The notes below the pieces were generated by a model, which saw nothing but the letters and a program-made list of their open reading frames with translations, was not told the DNA's origin and did no database searches. A stretch of DNA of 63,261 nucleotides, the filler included, from Rhabdomonas costata (lineage: Eukaryota): NCBI GenBank assembly GCA_019059605.1. It is 34 parts of 34 records of this genome, joined end to end, with 100 filler letters (N's around TTAATTAATTAA, not from the genome) between each part and the next. Parts side by side here need not be neighbours in the genome. Positions count along the whole stretch, not along the records: positions 57,774 to 59,536 come from JAHMHO010009415.1; positions 59,637 to 61,398 come from JAHMHO010009416.1; positions 61,499 to 63,261 come from JAHMHO010009417.1; 31 more parts are not named here. One strand, 5' to 3'. Shown piece by piece: positions 59,043 through 63,261 of this stretch. Position 1 is the stretch's first letter; each line of letters opens with the position of its first letter. A program made the position numbers and the translations under genes.

Positions 59043-62000
59043 CTGGAAAGGGACAAATGAAGTCGTATCGCACATCATAACAACATACGGGCATTTGTTC
59101 AAGAAACACTGAGAGTAGGAGAACTCGCTACCACCGTTTCCAGGAGGTAGCCACCCGTGACGGAATGAAGGGTTGGTGCGGTTTCTATTGAACGCTCGTA
59201 GAATCCTAAGCCGCTGGACAAAATATCACAGGATAAGTGCATCACAACCTGAAACGGCCACAGCGAAAAAGGGCTGCAAAGAGAGGTGGAAATTGGTTCG
59301 TTAAAATCCGGAACTTATCCGAAAAACGGAAAGCAGCAACAACGAACGAGGAAACAACCATAGTGCTGGACTGCTGAAGCGTAAATTCTGCCTTCAGTCC
59401 CGCGCCTTTCGCTTGCCCGGTGGCACTGCCGAAACATAAAAGGATTCAAGCACGACAACAAAAGCACTCATGCACACACAAAACGAACGAGAAAAATACA
59501 AGCACGAGACAGAACGCCAACTATTTCCCAACAACANNNNNNNNNNNNNNNNNNNNNNNNNNNNNNNNNNNNNNNNNNNNTTAATTAATTAANNNNNNNN
59601 NNNNNNNNNNNNNNNNNNNNNNNNNNNNNNNNNNNNGGTGGGGGTGATAAACCTCCAACATCCACTTCTTCTTAATCAGGAAACATAGATTCTTTTATAA
59701 AAAAGTAATAAGAAAGCGCTTAAAATTGCAAAACTGCCAAAAAAAAAACTGTGAAAAATTACGGGCAAGAAATAATATAAAAAAGAATCTATGTTTCCTG
59801 ATTAAGAAGAAGTGGATGTTGGAGGTTTATCACTCACTATACCGTCTATGAAAACAAACAAAAGTGGTCAATTCTCATCCTGTCCAAGTTACACCTCTCT
59901 ATGACTGGCACGGGTCTGGGGGGCTGCCCTGTTTTGTCCATGTTTTGCACTTTTGCTGCGCTGCATAATGGTCTCGTTCTGTTGCTCTGCAGGAGGTTTG
60001 GTCTTCGTGGCAGTGTTCTTGTGGAACAATCCTTTCTTTGAACCCGTGCAGGTTTGAATGGAGTGGAGGAATTCCCGGCTTATTTCCAGGCCCGGGCCGA
60101 AACCCCGTTCTTTTTTCCCGGTTGATGCGGAATGGGTGGGGTGTGGCACGGTCGCCGTCCCTGTTCCAGGGGATGCCAAGACGAACGGCAAGGGGCCTAC
60201 GTGCCTCGCGGTCGCCTTGGATGAGGAGTTGCAGCTCAGTCTATTTCGTCTCGATCCGGACGCAAAGTCTTGCGAATGCTTGTGTGTCGCCGGATGGTGT
60301 GTGGATGTGTGCGACGGAAGGGTCCCATTTGGGGCAACACGCAGCCTGAGAACTTTTCATTTCTTCGCTAAACGAAAAACGCCAGCCATATGCCCATAAA
60401 TTTATGTGCATCCCCACCACGTCAAGCGGGTCCACGGCGTGTCAGCTATTTTCAATTTCTCTGTATTTCAGGTTTGCATGACCTTGACCTACTTTGGCCT
60501 TTGATTGCTCTGAGAAATCATCTTAGAAAGCAAAGCTGACCAACCATGAAATCTGTTAGCATGTCACAAGGGACGCGCATACAAGTGTTTCCAGCTTGAT
60601 GCACGGGGCAGTGAGCTGAGAGATCATTCTTTTGAGTTCCGGGCCTGGTGCTTTTTTCAGCAGCACGATAGATGGGTGGGCCGATGGGCTTCGGCACGGG
60701 CACCGGCTGTCTATGCTCTGCCTCGACGACTGGTTGATCGTGCTCTATGACTGCGTCGACGTGCAGGCGAACAGTGCCTTGCTTGTCGACTTTGCGCCTC
60801 CCTCTGATCGTCAGAACTGCCCTTCGCCTGAGCTTCGGTGGATTCGCCGCAGATTCAATGCTTGGGAGACCATCAAGATTGTTGCTGCTGGGAGAAGCGC
60901 CGACTCGGATTCCATTTTGCTAGTTGACGAGGTGCACGTCGGGCACCAGGTTGAGCTCAAACTCTCTCGAGACCGTACCCGTACCGGATGGATGCGGAGG
61001 TCTGGGAGAGTGAGAGAGCAAACAGAGAGTGGGTCGAGGACCATGAAACTGCCATTAATGATGGATTTGTACGAAATAGTGGATCAGTGGATCAGCATCA
61101 AATTTTATCCATGATTGGATGATCACTATTTCTCATCTTTCAAAGATGACAGGAATGTTCTTTTGGTGATCCATCGATTTCTTCACGAAAAAATCCAGAG
61201 CTGACCCATCATTAATCCTTTCCATTAATATCTTTGCGGTAATTGAGTGCTTCGACCTTTCCTCTGGGACCACCAGATCACCTCTGGGAGCTGAAGAGGG
61301 GGGGAGAGGGCTCTTCCCCTAAATGAGCATTTCCACACCCCTCACTCTAAAGAACGTTAGAAGAGGTGACAAAACTCGAAATAAAAAGGGGCTTAAAANN
61401 NNNNNNNNNNNNNNNNNNNNNNNNNNNNNNNNNNNNNNNNNNTTAATTAATTAANNNNNNNNNNNNNNNNNNNNNNNNNNNNNNNNNNNNNNNNNNNNGG
61501 GGTGTGTGAGCATACGCGAGAACCGTTCACTTCATTTTCGTCAAAAACACGGAAAGAGAAACTGGAAGATCTCTCGGTCTCTCCCGGAAAACGAAGTGAA
61601 AGAGAATGAAGGTGTCAAGAGAAAGAGGAGCCTTTTTCTATTGAACCTTAATCTTCTGTGGATGTACTTTTACATATTTACATTGATTATCAATTAGCCA
61701 GTAACATCCTGCCATACGTCTAGTATTTTTCTTTTTATCTCGCTATCGTTTGTAAGAACAAAAATGGAACCCCACCTCTCTTCAGGGCACTGATCTGCGA
61801 AGACCAGAAAATGTGTGTATGTGTGTAAATATTAACACGGATAGCAGAACAATCAAACTTTGGCAATAAAACGCGACATTGATTCGGAACTGTTTGAGCC
61901 GTGGAGTGAGCTTGTATTCCGAGGATAATATCGGTGTGCAGGTCGTTTTGACCACGGCGTGGGGTTTCTCGGTTTCTTCGTTTTTCAGGCTGAGCGAAGC

Positions 62001-62334
62001 ATTTGCCCCGAACTGATGTATGCTGCGTTGCGTCGTGGTGCTCTTTTTCTCTGCGGAGCCAGCACCAAACCTCCCCATGCTTTCTTTTGTTCGAACCGGT
62101 GACTGAAGCACTTGGATGAAGGTGCGCGTGCGAGTTGCTGTCGGCGTTGTACCGCTGCACTTGCACTGTAAATTTTGTATAAAAAATTTGCGCGTGCACC
62201 AAAAATCTCAGACAACCCTCAAGTTTAACTGAGCCCTCAAAAGTAGTCTGTATTCCTGCCTGCATGGTTGAGAATGAACGCCACTGCACCCAAATCCACA
62301 AACTTGCATGTCGCTTTTGGTTGCTTTGTTCCAG

Positions 62335-63008
62335 GGCTTGTATGCTACAAGTGGTGAGCCAAGACAACGAGGAGGTTGCCTGCTTGGGCATTCGAAAGGC
62401 GATCCAGCTTCACAAGGTGCCTGGAGCCTTCGAAGCACTGCGGACACACTTTGTCATGATGTTCGCTGCTGTTCGCTCGCAATCTGCTAATTTTGAACTC
62501 AATGAAATCCTTATACGAGGAGGTTCGTTGCCTTCACCGACACCCACGGAACAGCTGATTAACTGAATACAAAGCAAATACAAAGTTGAGCGAAGTGATA
62601 GGACCGTTGATCTGGGGTGTGGACTAATTGCAGAAAGGCGCAGAAATTCCCAGATGCCAATACTTAGTCAGCTTGTCCCCTCCAGAGGGCATCTGCTCCG
62701 TTGCCGTTCACATTCATTGCTTCAGTGCGGCACGAAGGATCTTTTGAATGCCTTAACCCACGTTCATAACAACGACTTGCCCCGATCCACAGCTCTCCCA
62801 CACTTGCCGTTGATGTGGTTTTACTTCGCAGACCCACAGGGAGCACGACCTTGCCGAGGCCAACGCCAGGGAGATGCTCGTGCTTTTCCGCCAGCTCTAC
62901 CGCAGGCTGCCCCACGTGCTACGGCACTGCCGGGAGAGTACTGGCTATCCCCTGGGCAGCAACGCCTGCCCGGAGTGTGGCGCCCCTCTTGGGCTGGCTC
63001 CGACCGAG
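62335..63008 (+). CDS. TRRAP: TRRAP/Tra1-like protein, N-terminal HEAT region, exons 62335-62416 and 62832-63008
   Basis: MLQVVSQDNEEVACLGIRKAIQLHK|THRE...EMLVLFRQLYRRLPHVL matches TRRAP (D/E)NEEN..LC.RIII.LHK...FL.FV.QIY..LP.V. Confidence 0.68.
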
Positions 63009-63261
63009 GTTCCTCGCACAGCCTCACCCTTTCCCCCCAGACCAGTCCGTACCCACAACAGTGCAGTTGTTTTCGACGTAGGTTGTCGTCGTTCACGGAT
63101 CCATCCTGCTGGTGTCTGACTGGAACAGTTTGAACAGTTTAAGTGAGACAAATGTGTCACGGTAATGATGAAAGAAAAAGGGTGCCAGGATATTTCTTTC
63201 ATCATTACCGTGACACATTTGTCTCACTTAAACTGTTCAAACTGTTCCAGTCACACACCAC

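Larger units (their letters stand above)
1766..61498. other. 33 artificial 100-bp contig spacers (44 N + TTAATTAATTAA + 44 N), first 1766-1865, last 61399-61498
   Basis: Identical spacer about every 1.86 kb; linker has stop codons in all six frames; contigs are all 1761-1766 bp, i.e. size-sorted concatenation. Confidence 0.99.

Noticed and set aside
60632-61114. 160-aa ORF
   Set aside because: No recognisable motif or consistent splice path; not supportable as a gene.
1-63261. rRNA, tRNA, SL RNA or CRISPR arrays
   Set aside because: No recognisable matches seen by eye; a covariance-model search would be needed to exclude small RNAs.

Overview
This window is not one locus. It is 34 unrelated, size-sorted contigs of about 1.76 kb joined by 33 artificial 100-bp spacers (44 N + TTAATTAATTAA + 44 N). 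Many contig ends carry G/T-only or C/A-only tails resembling a GenomePlex-type whole-genome-amplification primer, and about ten end in fold-back inverted repeats, so this is an amplified, fragmented draft genome. The DNA is from an intron-rich eukaryote with GT-AG and occasional GC-AG introns. Exportin-1 and kinesin-2 fragments resemble trypanosomatid orthologues, suggesting a euglenozoan, probably a euglenid (inference). Splicing exons by hand recovers fragments of: a phosphagen kinase-like protein, a GPS/GAIN receptor, an aldo-keto reductase, XPO1, WD40, EGF-repeat, SIR2_2-like, MTHFR, an R-S-E type ADP-ribosyltransferase, two kinesins, Cache-like and NIT-domain sensors, PILS-like and MFS transporters, PIMT, cullin, an SGNH-like esterase, Kelch, cysteine synthase, DUF229 and TRRAP, plus a 5'-truncated CRE-like retrotransposon. 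The best candidates for new biology are the intron-containing SIR2_2-type NADase-like gene, the zinc-finger-fused ART, the NIT-domain receptor and the CRE-like element. Nothing can be inferred from neighbourhood across spacers. All family calls come from motif recognition, not database searches.
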